Counted from the first letter of the stretch, positions 26,174 through 34,677 are shown. The stretch: DNA of 41,709 bases from Bacillota bacterium (GCA_012727415.1 JAAYHI010000023.1:1-41709), one strand, 5' to 3'. Notes: a model not told the origin generated them from the letters alone. Made by a program: numbers and translations.

Positions 26174-27028
26174 ATGTATCGGAAGATAATTTCTTTTTTC
26201 TTGGTTGTATTAGTGTTTCTATCTAGTGGAAGGGCACTAGCTTCAGGTGTAGTGGAAACAGTTATTTATCAAGAAGAACTGCTAGATGATAACGGGAACC
26301 CTGTGAGCATTACCGTAAAGAAACAAAACGGTGATCTTCTTGTAGAAGTGTGTGTGAACAATCAGCTTGCTAAAACCGCACATGTAGTTGGGGGAAAAGT
26401 AGATCCAACAACGGAAATCATTTTAACCAACCACGAAAGCAACCTCACGACTAAACATATTGTTAAGGAGATACCGTATTGTATTGTTGAGGAGTCCCCT
26501 AAGGCGCATGGTAATATTTCTACCATGCAAGGTGGACTTATTGCCCCTTGCGCTGTCCCGTCATATCCACTAAAGATGACCGGTTATAGTGGTGTTTGGG
26601 GTAAATGGGGTTACCTTTATGCAGAAGATTTTTATTACACTCGTGATGTTTTCCTTTTAATAGAACCAGGGACTTCATTAGCTCTGGTCGTTGCCTTACT
26701 TGTTGGGATAGCGTTGGGGGCAGTTGCCTTTACCGTAAAAGAAATAATCTATGCTCTCGGGGGTACGCTGATTGGCTCGGTGGTAACGTCTCTAGCGAAA
26801 GGAACGGTACGTCAAGACGTTGTAAAAACATTGGGTGAGGTATTTGTAGATGGAAAATTTGTTTCAGGAATAAGAATTGAAAAATATACCACAAAACTTT
26901 ACAATAGAACGGGTGGACTAGCAAAAATTAAACATGGAGCAAGCTATGGTGGACCATACACAACTCTCAGTGAAGCTCTTTTCTGGGGTATAGAGTATTA
27001 TTGTTTGCATGAACCTTGGTTTAGATAG
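26174..27028 (+). CDS. Secreted or membrane-inserting protein with a Gly/Ala-rich hydrophobic core, unknown family
   Basis: 284 aa. Signal peptide 'MYRKIISFFLVVLVFLSSGRALA'. The central segment 'SLALVVALLVGIALGAVAFTVKEIIYALGGTLIGSVVTSLA' contains small-xxx-small glycine-zipper-like spacing. No family recognised. Confidence 0.55.
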   Translation: MYRKIISFFLVVLVFLSSGRALASGVVETVIYQEELLDDNGNPVSITVKKQNGDLLVEVCVNNQLAKTAHVVGGKVDPTTEIILTNHESNLTTKHIVKEIPYCIVEESPKAHGNISTMQGGLIAPCAVPSYPLKMTGYSGVWGKWGYLYAEDFYYTRDVFLLIEPGTSLALVVALLVGIALGAVAFTVKEIIYALGGTLIGSVVTSLAKGTVRQDVVKTLGEVFVDGKFVSGIRIEKYTTKLYNRTGGLAKIKHGASYGGPYTTLSEALFWGIEYYCLHEPWFR

Positions 27029-27114
27029 AAAATCGGTTAAGGAGTATACATGGTTTTTGTTTTTGGAGTAATTACTCAGGCTTCCAGTTTGGCGGCTAAG
27101 AATGGGGGATAAAC

Positions 27115-27531
27115 TTGATAGAAAAAAAACAGTGCACCATGGTAATTGTAAGGTTAGCGATTGGTGGAATAGGTTTTCTTCTTCTGCCCCTATTTTTTCA
27201 TATTTATTTCCTCAAGGCATACTACGTCTTTAGTTCCGCAATTATGTTTATTGGGACTGTAAAACACTTAGTATGCCTCAACCGGGAAAGGCTACGTGAA
27301 CAACCTTATCTCTTAAACGTTGTGAGGGAAGGATTGCTGTTTACGACCTGGGTTGTTACATCATTTTTCGCTATTGCTGTATTCTCTAGGGGTTATTCAC
27401 CTGCAGAGTTATTACAACTCATTACACCTACGCGATTGGTACTGATGCTTCTTGCTTTAGTCGCAGTTTGTTTGGGTTCAGGTGCCCTTATTTACAGCCG
27501 AAAGAAAAAAAAGTTTCGCGGTATTTCATAG
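27115..27531 (+). CDS. Four-TM membrane protein, unknown family
   Basis: 138 aa with four hydrophobic helices and a C-terminal 'SRKKKKFRG' tail. The start is either TTG-27115 or ATG-27139. Confidence 0.5.
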   Translation: MIEKKQCTMVIVRLAIGGIGFLLLPLFFHIYFLKAYYVFSSAIMFIGTVKHLVCLNRERLREQPYLLNVVREGLLFTTWVVTSFFAIAVFSRGYSPAELLQLITPTRLVLMLLALVAVCLGSGALIYSRKKKKFRGIS

Positions 27532-27725
27532 GAACGCGACACCGGGAATTTGCGCCATTGTCAGCATCCTCCTTAATACCTCCCCTCATAATTGACCTAT
27601 AAGGGTAGGTTTCTATGGGGCTGCTGCAATGGCCTTCTCTATCTGCAAAAGCAGGGAATTTTACTTTGCAGCTTCCGGGAAACCTATCTTGCAATTCCCG
27701 GTAAAACTAGTCTACAACAAACATT

Positions 27726-28963
27726 TCAAGGGCTCATGCTACTTGTAGGGGGTTTGCAGGCGCGGCGGTGGAGATGCAAGTAGAGGATTACCACTGGTGT
27801 AAGGATGAGGCCGGAGACGACCAGGGATATAGAAATGCTGGTTTTCAGGGCGATGAAGCCGATTAAGGGCCCGCTGATAATCTGTCCCAGGGAGTTGAAC
27901 TGGCCATAGGTGGAAAGGACTGTTGCCCTGATACCAGGTTCAATGCTCTCGTTGAGCCAGGCTCTGTAGATGGGGCCATTGGTGGTCCTGAGAATGTAGT
28001 AGGTTAGGTAGGTGGAAGCTGCCAGGGGGAAGTTTCTGGCCACAGCAAAGCTGACTATTGCTAGCAGCATCCCTGAGTTGATTGCTGTCAGCAGCCATAC
28101 TTTCTGCAGCTTGCCAGTCCTGGCCAACCTGCGTTTTATATACTCTACAGCTGCGATGCTGGTGACCATGGCAGTGCCATTGATCAACCCAACCCATACT
28201 ATGGGCGGGACTACAATGGCAGGAAGCTTGACATTGTCAATGATATGGGCTATCCACAGCCTGTCCAGTCCTTCGCTGTACAGGCCGTAGAAGAAGGTTA
28301 CTGCCATCATGACAATGAGGAAATGTTTTTTTTTGATGGACTTGAGCCCCTGAGTAAAGATATGTACCATCTGACGGGCAGGGCCTCTATTTTGGGTAAT
28401 GGCAGGTGTAAAGGCAGTCTCGGGCATAAAGCGCAACAAGAAGAGCCCTAGCACTATGAAGAGGGCACCGCCTATGAGCAGGGGCAGATTAATCATAATT
28501 GTCCCAATGAGGGTGCTGATGATAATGGCCAGCAGGGCGCCTACCTGGCCGACCTGGGCCCCTCTGAGAAATCTTTCTCAAGGCCGCGACCTCCCAGTTC
28601 ATCGGTTATCCATGCTTCATCGGCTCCGCTGGTAAAAGTGTAGCCAATGCCCCATACTACCTGGCTAAGAAAGATGAAGAGAAAATTGGGAAACAGGCCT
28701 TCGAGGAAAAAGCCCAAGCCAATTAAGCACAGTCCAATTACGACAGATAGCTTGCGGCTTTTAAGGTCAGCTAAAACTCCTGTGGGAATTTCAAAGAGAA
28801 AAGTGGATAATTCCAGGGCCGTTCCTACCAGGACCAGCTGCATGGCATTAAAGCCTGCAATTTCAATGCGATAAAGCTCGTTAACCGTGAAGACCATTTC
28901 AAAGAGGAAAGCAGAGACCCCTGCGTAGATTAGGTAGATTTTATAGGCGGGCTTAGAAGTCAT
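27726..28963 (-). pseudogene. MFS transporter (EntS / MFS_3-like) interrupted by a frameshift
   Basis: ORF 28541-29002 carries TM1-4 with MFS motif A 'GVLADLKSRKLSVVIG', and ORF 27726-28496 carries the remaining TMs. The downstream frame stays open upstream of its Met as '...FLRGAQVGQVGALLAIIISTLIGTIMINLPL'. The two halves therefore join by a 1-nt shift near 28560-28600. Confidence 0.7.
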
Positions 28964-29093
28964 GGCTACCTCCGGAAGGATAGAATGATTCCATAATACC
29001 ATATCTCGCAGCTGCAGAAGGTGGGTACTGTTGTATCAGCAGGGTTCTTTGCGGTAGAATGAACTGGAACTTAGTGAATGGGAAGCTTAATTC

Positions 29094-29522
29094 TTGGGAG
29101 TGAGGGGTATCAGTACACAGATAGTAAATGTCATTTGGGTCTTCAACCCTGCTGGAGATAAGGTTTTAATGTGTTACCGAAAAAAGGACCCGTACAAGGG
29201 GCTGTATAACCTTGTGGGCGGCAAAGTGGAGCCGGGTGAAGAGGGGCTGGCGGCAGCATACCGGGAACTGCGGGAGGAAACGGGTATCACCGACATTGAC
29301 CTCATTCACCTGATGGATTTCACCTACCACCTGCTGGATGCCTGTACTGTTGAGGTATATGTGGGCAGGCTGAGGCAGGAAGTTGACCTCAGCGGAGATG
29401 AAGAGCAACTGGTGTGGCTGGACCTTACAGAGGACTTCTTTGACATGCAACGCTTTGCCGGCGAGGGCAACATCGGGCATATTTACGAGATCATCAAGCA
29501 GAACAGCCATTATTTTGACTGA
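29094..29522 (+). CDS. Nudix hydrolase
   Basis: Nudix box 'GGKVEPGEEGLAAAYRELREETGI' (GX5EX7REUXEEXGU). The start is TTG-29094 or GTG-29100. Confidence 0.85.
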   Translation: MGVRGISTQIVNVIWVFNPAGDKVLMCYRKKDPYKGLYNLVGGKVEPGEEGLAAAYRELREETGITDIDLIHLMDFTYHLLDACTVEVYVGRLRQEVDLSGDEEQLVWLDLTEDFFDMQRFAGEGNIGHIYEIIKQNSHYFD

Positions 29523-29535
29523 GGGGAGAGCAAGG

Positions 29536-30219
29536 ATGCGGGATTACAGTGTATTTGACATTGTTGGCCCGATAATGATTGGGCCCTCCAGCTCCCACAC
29601 TGCCGGTGCGGCAAGGCTTGCCAAGGTGGCGGCGATCATTGCCGAAGGGAAGATAATAAAGGCCGAGTTTTTGCTCCACGGCTCTTTTGGGGAAACATAT
29701 AAAGGTCACGGCACAGACAAGGCGTTAGTGGCCGGCATTTTAGGTATGGAGCCCTGGGATGAAAGACTGCGGGATTCCTTTGCCCTGGCAGCGGAGCAGG
29801 GGATAGAAATAATCTTTACTCCTGCTGATCTGGGAGAAGTGCATCCCAATACAGTTAAGTTTATTCTCACTAAGGAAGATGGCAGTGTCTCGAATATTAC
29901 CGGCTCCTCTGTCGGCGGCGGCAATATCCTCATCTTTGATATCGACGGACAAGAGGTTGCCTTTACCGGCCAATATCCAACTCTCCTGGCTCAGTACAGG
30001 GACTTGCCGGGGGTTATATCCAAGGTGTCTTCTGTTTTGTATGAAGAGAACATCAATATCGCCAACATGCGCGTCTATCGCAGCGGCAAGGGAAAGACTG
30101 CAATGATGGCCCTGGAAGCTGACAGTGAAATAACCGAAGCCGTCACGGAGAAAATAAGAAACATAGAAGAAATGGAGCGGGTGCAATCGATTAATCCCGT
30201 TGTCGAGGGGGTGTTTTAG
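29536..30219 (+). CDS. sdaAB: L-serine dehydratase, iron-sulfur-dependent, beta subunit
   Basis: 'MRDYSVFDIVGPIMIGPSSSHTAGAARL' is the typical SdaAB N-terminus, and an ACT-like C-terminus follows. ATG-29536 is used, not the longer ORF-track start. Confidence 0.9.
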   Translation: MRDYSVFDIVGPIMIGPSSSHTAGAARLAKVAAIIAEGKIIKAEFLLHGSFGETYKGHGTDKALVAGILGMEPWDERLRDSFALAAEQGIEIIFTPADLGEVHPNTVKFILTKEDGSVSNITGSSVGGGNILIFDIDGQEVAFTGQYPTLLAQYRDLPGVISKVSSVLYEENINIANMRVYRSGKGKTAMMALEADSEITEAVTEKIRNIEEMERVQSINPVVEGVF

Positions 30220-31091
30220 TGGTTGCCAGCGGCGAAGAATTAGTGAAGATATGCAGGGAAAACGGCATCCCCATTTGGGAATATGCCATTCGGGAAGAAG
30301 CCTTACGCAGCGAAACCAGCAGCGAAGAAGTGGTGGAAAAGATGCGGCGCACCCTCCACGTCATGATGGACTCCTCCACCATTGCCCAGGAGCAAGAAGT
30401 AAAGTCAATAAGCGGTCTTATCGGCGGTGACGCGTACAAAATCAGGTCATACGCCGACAGGGGCAATACCCTTACCGGCAGCTTTATCAACAGAGCAATG
30501 GCCAGGGCCATGTCTGCTTCGGAAGTAAATGCAGCCATGGGCAGAATTGTGGCCTGCCCCACGGCAGGTTCCTGCGGCATCCTGCCGGCAGTTATTTTGT
30601 CGGCGGGGGAGGAACTCCATAAAACTGAGGATGAACTGGTAAACGCTTTATTTACTGCGGCAGGAGTGGGGATTATCATTGCCAGGAATGCCACCCTGGC
30701 CGGAGCGGAAGGGGGCTGCCAGGCGGAATGCGGTTCTGCAGCGGCCATGGCGTCGGCAGCGGTTGTGGAGATGATGGGGGGAACCCCCGAGCAGGCACTA
30801 AATGCAGCCGCCATAGTGATTAAAAACGTGCTGGGCCTTGTCTGCGACCCGGTGGCGGGCCTGGTTGAAGTCCCTTGCGCCAAGAGAAATGTCGCCGGCA
30901 CTGTCAGCGCCTTGACGACTGCAGACCTGGTGATGAGCGGGGTGGCCAGCAAGATCCCCTTCGACGAAGTAGTGGAGGCAATGTACAGGGTGGGGAGGCA
31001 GATGCCTGCAGAGCTTCGGGAAACTGCTCTGGGGGGAGTAGCCATAACCCCCACAGCCTTAAGGCTGAAAAAGGAAATATATAAAGACTGA
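30219..31091 (+). CDS. sdaAA: L-serine dehydratase, iron-sulfur-dependent, alpha subunit
   Basis: 'ACPTAGSCGILPA', 'AEGGCQAECGSAAAMA' and 'VCDPVAGLVEVPCAKRN' are SdaAA motifs carrying the cluster Cys residues. The GTG start overlaps the sdaAB stop. Confidence 0.9.
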   Translation: MVASGEELVKICRENGIPIWEYAIREEALRSETSSEEVVEKMRRTLHVMMDSSTIAQEQEVKSISGLIGGDAYKIRSYADRGNTLTGSFINRAMARAMSASEVNAAMGRIVACPTAGSCGILPAVILSAGEELHKTEDELVNALFTAAGVGIIIARNATLAGAEGGCQAECGSAAAMASAAVVEMMGGTPEQALNAAAIVIKNVLGLVCDPVAGLVEVPCAKRNVAGTVSALTTADLVMSGVASKIPFDEVVEAMYRVGRQMPAELRETALGGVAITPTALRLKKEIYKD

Positions 31092-31093
31092 AA

Positions 31094-31135
31094 AAAGCAC
31101 CAGCAGCCTGATTAAGGCAGGACTGGTGCTTTTAT
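31094..31135. terminator. Bidirectional terminator between the convergent sdaAA and ABC-2 permease genes
   Basis: AAAAAAGCACCAG...CTGGTGCTTTT. An 8-bp outer stem plus an inner CCTG/CAGG pairing is flanked by an A-run and a T-run. Confidence 0.7.
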
Positions 31136-31162
31136 CTGCATTTAACGAAAGCAAAAATTAGT

Positions 31163-31762
31163 TTACATAACCTGTACCCGGACTGGGGGGCTTATGCCTT
31201 GCCGCCGGTCATTTTTCTTTTGAAGGCGTATTGCCAGCAGGAAGACCACGGCGGTATAGGCCAGAACCAGCAAGAGGTGGGGCAGGCTGGCGCTGAAGTT
31301 GCCCGCCAGCAACCCCAGGGCGATAAACAACAGGTAAGTAAAGGTGGTTACTAAGATCGCTGGAATGAGGTAAATGGTAATTTTAAATCCCCAAATGCTG
31401 GCCGCCAGGAAGGTGATTGCCGCCTGGGGCAGCGTCAGGGCCAGCAAGGGCAGAGCGTAGCCGCTGATAAAATCCTTTGCCGTCATTGGCGAAGTGAACA
31501 AGCGCATTAAGAAGGAGGTAGTCCTGTCCTTGGACAACAGCATCCCTGCAAATAAAGCCATAAACACCGTGCCAAATATCGCCAGGCCGGGAGCGAGGTT
31601 TTCAATGGTAAACATGGTATTATTCGCATCCGGGGGGATGCTGGCATTGACTATGGACAACAGCACCAACAGGACCAGGGGAAAACCGAGGCCAAAACAG
31701 AAACTGAGGGGGTCCCTTAAGATCTCTTTGGTATTGCGTTTAGCAAACAATGCAGTCCTCAT
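31163..31762 (-). CDS. ABC-2 type transporter permease
   Basis: 199 aa. 'AKRNTKEILRDPLSF' is the typical ABC-2 N-terminus, followed by about five TM helices. It overlaps the ATPase gene by 4 nt. Confidence 0.75.
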   Translation of the reverse strand: MRTALFAKRNTKEILRDPLSFCFGLGFPLVLLVLLSIVNASIPPDANNTMFTIENLAPGLAIFGTVFMALFAGMLLSKDRTTSFLMRLFTSPMTAKDFISGYALPLLALTLPQAAITFLAASIWGFKITIYLIPAILVTTFTYLLFIALGLLAGNFSASLPHLLLVLAYTAVVFLLAIRLQKKNDRRQGISPPVRVQVM

Positions 31763-32484
31763 GCTATCCCTCCTGCCAGGGCAACAAAGGCATCCTCCAA
31801 CTTGCTGGTGCCGGTTTGTGCCAGTAATTCAGCTACTGTTCCCACGGCTGTCAATTTGCCCTTCACCATTACGCCCACCCTGTCAGAGAGGGCTTCAATT
31901 TCTTCCAGGTAGTGGGTTGTGAGGATAATTGTCGCCTTGCCTTTGAGGGCGAGGATGGATGCCCACAATTCCCGGCGGGCAAGGACATCGAGGCCCAAGG
32001 TGGGCTCATCGAGGAACAGTATTTTGGGGTTTGTAATCAAGGCCATGGCCAGGGAGAGCCGCCTTTGCATGCCGCCGGAAAGATGTTTGGCTTTCTTCTT
32101 GCGCACATCGGCAAGGCCAAATTGGGCAATTATTTCTTCAGCCCTTTGCCGGGCGGATCTTTTACTTTGCCCATAAATTTGCGCCATCAGTTCCAGGTTT
32201 TCACTGACTGTGAGGTTAGCAGCCACAGCTGTTTCCTGGGGCGAGATATTGATTATTTCTTTGACTGCCTGGGGCCGGGTGTTGATGCTGTTGCCCAGCA
32301 GCACTGCTTCCCCGGCAGTGGGTTTCAGAAGGCAGGACAACATTTTTATTGTTGTGGTTTTGCCGGCGCCGTTTTCCCCCAAGAGGGCAAACAATTCACC
32401 TTGCTCAATTGTCAGGTTGAGATTGTCTACCGCAACAATATCTCCATACTGCTTCGATAAGTCCTTGATGGTAATAGCGTGCAT
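31759..32484 (-). CDS. ABC transporter ATP-binding protein
   Basis: Walker A 'GENGAGKTTT', signature 'LSGGMQRRLSLA' and Walker B 'ILFLDEPTLGLD'. ATG-32484 follows RBS AAAGGGGG. The ORF-track start at 32538 would precede the predicted promoter's transcript start. Confidence 0.9.
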   Translation of the reverse strand: MHAITIKDLSKQYGDIVAVDNLNLTIEQGELFALLGENGAGKTTTIKMLSCLLKPTAGEAVLLGNSINTRPQAVKEIINISPQETAVAANLTVSENLELMAQIYGQSKRSARQRAEEIIAQFGLADVRKKKAKHLSGGMQRRLSLAMALITNPKILFLDEPTLGLDVLARRELWASILALKGKATIILTTHYLEEIEALSDRVGVMVKGKLTAVGTVAELLAQTGTSKLEDAFVALAGGIA

Positions 32485-32544
32485 CTGGCATTCCCCCTTT
32501 CTGGACTCTGAATCAGCAGCACTAACCTTGACTTTCATAAGCTA

Positions 32545-32572
32545 TCATATCATGCACAATAATCAAGTCAAT
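32545..32572 (-). promoter_or_regulatory. Putative promoter of the ABC operon (TTGACT-16-TATGAT on the minus strand)
   Basis: The reverse complement reads TTGACT (32572-32567), a 16-nt spacer and TATGAT (32550-32545). Confidence 0.45.
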
Positions 32573-32714
32573 TAGAGGGGTTGGCCCGGGGGGAAGGTTA
32601 AATTACAGTCATTTAAATTTCTGAAATAAAATATAGCTTAAATAGCAGGATTTTGGCGAATCATGTAGAATACAAAATTATACCCAGCAACAGAAGAATT
32701 TTTTTGGGTACTGC

Positions 32715-32743
32715 TTGACTGCCCATAGCTAATGGTCTATGCT
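32715..32743 (+). promoter_or_regulatory. Promoter upstream of riboswitch 1 (TTGACT-17-TATGCT)
   Basis: -35 at 32715-32720, a 17-nt spacer and -10 at 32738-32743, about 30 nt before the aptamer. Confidence 0.5.
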
Positions 32744-32774
32744 TATTCATGTAATTTTACAAGTAAAGAATGCG

Positions 32775-32841
32775 CTCGTATAATGTCGGGGATAGGGCCC
32801 GAGAGTTTCTACCAGGCAACCGTAAATTGTCTGACTACGAG
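32775..32841 (+). promoter_or_regulatory. Purine riboswitch aptamer, guanine class
   Basis: CUCGUA-UAA-UGUCGGG-GAUAGGG-CCCGAGA-GUUUCUAC-CAGGCAA-CCGUAAAU-UGUCUGA-C-UACGAG has the P1/P2/P3 architecture and loops of the xpt G-box. The specificity nucleotide before the P1 3' strand is C, which indicates guanine/hypoxanthine. Confidence 0.9.
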
Positions 32842-32897
32842 GATTTACCCGGGTTTTTCCTGGTCCAAACAGCATGAACATGCTGTACTTGGTATGG

Positions 32898-32950
32898 GAA
32901 AAAATCCAGGGGTAGGTTGTCGTTGGTCAACCAGCCCCTGGATTTTTTTA
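32898..32950 (+). terminator. Riboswitch 1 expression-platform terminator
   Basis: ATCCAGGGG...CCCCTGGAT stem followed by T8, 27 nt before the permease start. Confidence 0.8.
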
Positions 32951-32976
32951 TAAATAATCTATCAGGAGGGAAATGA

Positions 32977-34368
32977 ATGTTAGAAAAGTTTTTTAAGCTC
33001 AAGGAGCATGGCTCCAATGTCCGGACGGAAATAATCGCCGGTCTCACCACATTTATGACCATGGCCTACATCATTTTTGTTAACCCAAGCATTCTGTCTG
33101 TCGCCATTGACACCCCGAATGCCTTTGCGGCAATAACTACGGCCACAATCATTTCTGCTGCTTTTACAACGATTTTGATGGGCCTAGTCACCAATTATCC
33201 CTTTGCCCTGGCCAGCGGCATGGGCCTCAACGCCTTTTTCACATATTCCGTTGTCCTGGGGATAGAGGGTGCCACCTGGCAGGCTGCCCTGGGTGCAGTC
33301 CTGATTTCCGGGGTAGTCTTTGTGCTCCTTTCTGCCACCCGCTTGATTGGCTGGATTGACAGGGCCATCCCCGGCAGCTTGAAAAAAGCTGTTGCTGCCG
33401 GTATCGGGCTGTTCATTGCCTTAATTGGCTTTTTCGGCACAGGCTTAGTGGTTCCCAATGCAGATACAACTGTTGCCTTTGGCAATCTGCTCTCCCCACC
33501 AACATTACTAGCCCTGGTAGGCCTGATACTTACTGCAATCCTCATGGCCGCCAAAGTCCGGGGAGCCATCCTTCTTGGCATCCTCATCACGACAGTATTA
33601 GGCTGGTTTGTCCCCAGTGCTGCAGCCTATGAAGCTGGAGCTCCCTTTATCGGCTGGTTCTTTGGCTCTGACATTGCAACAGTAACGCCCATTCCTACAG
33701 GAATCAACAGCTTTGTGGAATTAAACGTGTTCAAGAACTTCCAGGCCCTGGGCGAAACTGCCTTTAAGTTCGACATAGCCGGAGCCCTTAAGCTCGGCTT
33801 CATCACCATCTTCGCCCTGCTTTTTGTCGACGTATTCGACACCATGGGCACTATCCTGGGCACCGGTGCCCGGGCTGGCTTCCTGGATGAAAAGGGCCGC
33901 CTGCCCAAGGTCAATAGTGTGATGCTGGTAGACGGTATCGGCACAATGTTTGGTGCCCTCATGGGAACTTCCACCGTCACTACCTATGTAGAGAGCACTG
34001 CAGGGGTTTCCGAAGGCGGCCGCACCGGCCTCACTGCAGTGGTGGTGGGCATCCTCTTCCTGCTGGCCCTCTTCTTCACTCCCCTGGCGGGCATGATTCC
34101 CACCCAGGCCACTGCTCCGGCTTTGATCATCGTCGGTGTCCTGATGATTGGTGCCGTCACCGGTATTAACTTCGAAGACTTTACCGCAGCCTTCCCCGCC
34201 TTCCTGACCATGGCCTTTATGCCCTTTACCTACAGTATTGCCAACGGTATCGCCATTGGCTTCATCTCCTACCCCATCATCAAGCTGGTTTCCGGCAAGG
34301 GCAAGGAAGTGCACTGGCTGGTATATGTTTTGGCAGTTGCCTCTATCATCCACTTTATAACCCTCTAA
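32977..34368 (+). CDS. NCS2/AzgA-family purine (guanine/hypoxanthine/adenine) permease
   Basis: 463 aa. 'FKLKEHGSNVRTEIIAGLTTFMTMAYIIFVNPSIL' and 'ESTAGVSEGGRTGLTAVV' are typical of PbuG/PbuO/AzgA-type permeases. It lies directly behind a guanine riboswitch. Confidence 0.88.
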   Translation: MLEKFFKLKEHGSNVRTEIIAGLTTFMTMAYIIFVNPSILSVAIDTPNAFAAITTATIISAAFTTILMGLVTNYPFALASGMGLNAFFTYSVVLGIEGATWQAALGAVLISGVVFVLLSATRLIGWIDRAIPGSLKKAVAAGIGLFIALIGFFGTGLVVPNADTTVAFGNLLSPPTLLALVGLILTAILMAAKVRGAILLGILITTVLGWFVPSAAAYEAGAPFIGWFFGSDIATVTPIPTGINSFVELNVFKNFQALGETAFKFDIAGALKLGFITIFALLFVDVFDTMGTILGTGARAGFLDEKGRLPKVNSVMLVDGIGTMFGALMGTSTVTTYVESTAGVSEGGRTGLTAVVVGILFLLALFFTPLAGMIPTQATAPALIIVGVLMIGAVTGINFEDFTAAFPAFLTMAFMPFTYSIANGIAIGFISYPIIKLVSGKGKEVHWLVYVLAVASIIHFITL

Positions 34369-34432
34369 AGACAGGGCCGGCGCAAGCCGGCCTTTTCCAT
34401 GTACTCCAGCAGCAAAAAATTCATCACCGGGT

Positions 34433-34461
34433 TTGACATCTCTCCCCGGCAGGGGTATGAT
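34433..34461 (+). promoter_or_regulatory. pur operon promoter (TTGACA-17-TATGAT)
   Basis: Perfect -35 at 34433-34438, a 17-nt spacer and -10 TATGAT at 34456-34461. Confidence 0.6.
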
Positions 34462-34483
34462 GGAGGTGCAAATTGAATAGCAG

Positions 34484-34549
34484 CTCGTATAATCCCGGGA
34501 ATAAGGCTCGGGAGCTCTACCAGGCAACCGTAAATTGTCTGACTACGGG
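34484..34549 (+). promoter_or_regulatory. Purine riboswitch aptamer, guanine class (second copy)
   Basis: CUCGUA-UAA-UCCCGGG-AAUAAGG-CUCGGGA-GCUCUAC-CAGGCAA-CCGUAAAU-UGUCUGA-C-UACGGG. The specificity position is again C. Confidence 0.9.
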
Positions 34550-34619
34550 GAAAGTGTACCTAGGGTCATATTGATCCAAGTGGTACAGGCTGCCATCAGG
34601 CGGCTACACCGAAGGGATA

Positions 34620-34677
34620 AAAGCCCAGGCGGGTAGGTTTCTTACCGTAACCTACCGCGCTTGGGCTTTTCATTTTG
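34620..34677 (+). terminator. Riboswitch 2 expression-platform terminator
   Basis: Long stem AGCCCAGGCGGGTAGGTT / AACCTACCGCGCTTGGGCT followed by TTTTCATTTT. Confidence 0.8.

Noticed and set aside
27593-27603. TGACCTATAAG at the right island border resembles TGACCTTATAAG (21561-21572) immediately after the guaA terminator. It was considered as an outer att repeat.
   Set aside because: The match is only 11-12 nt with an indel. It is not accompanied by a copy of the hairpin or of the IEWE-coding segment, so a chance match cannot be excluded.
27552-27691. Imperfect inverted repeat CCGGGAATTTGC ... GCAATTCCCGG, plus local hairpins, downstream of the MFS stop.
   Set aside because: It is short (11/12 nt with an indel) and has no U-tract that would make it a terminator. 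It shows no target-site duplication or IS-like features.
31163-31762. The ABC-2 permease looks short (199 aa, about 5 TM) and might be internally deleted.
   Set aside because: ABC-2 permeases vary in length, and the frame is intact and coupled to the ATPase gene. Truncation cannot be judged without an alignment.
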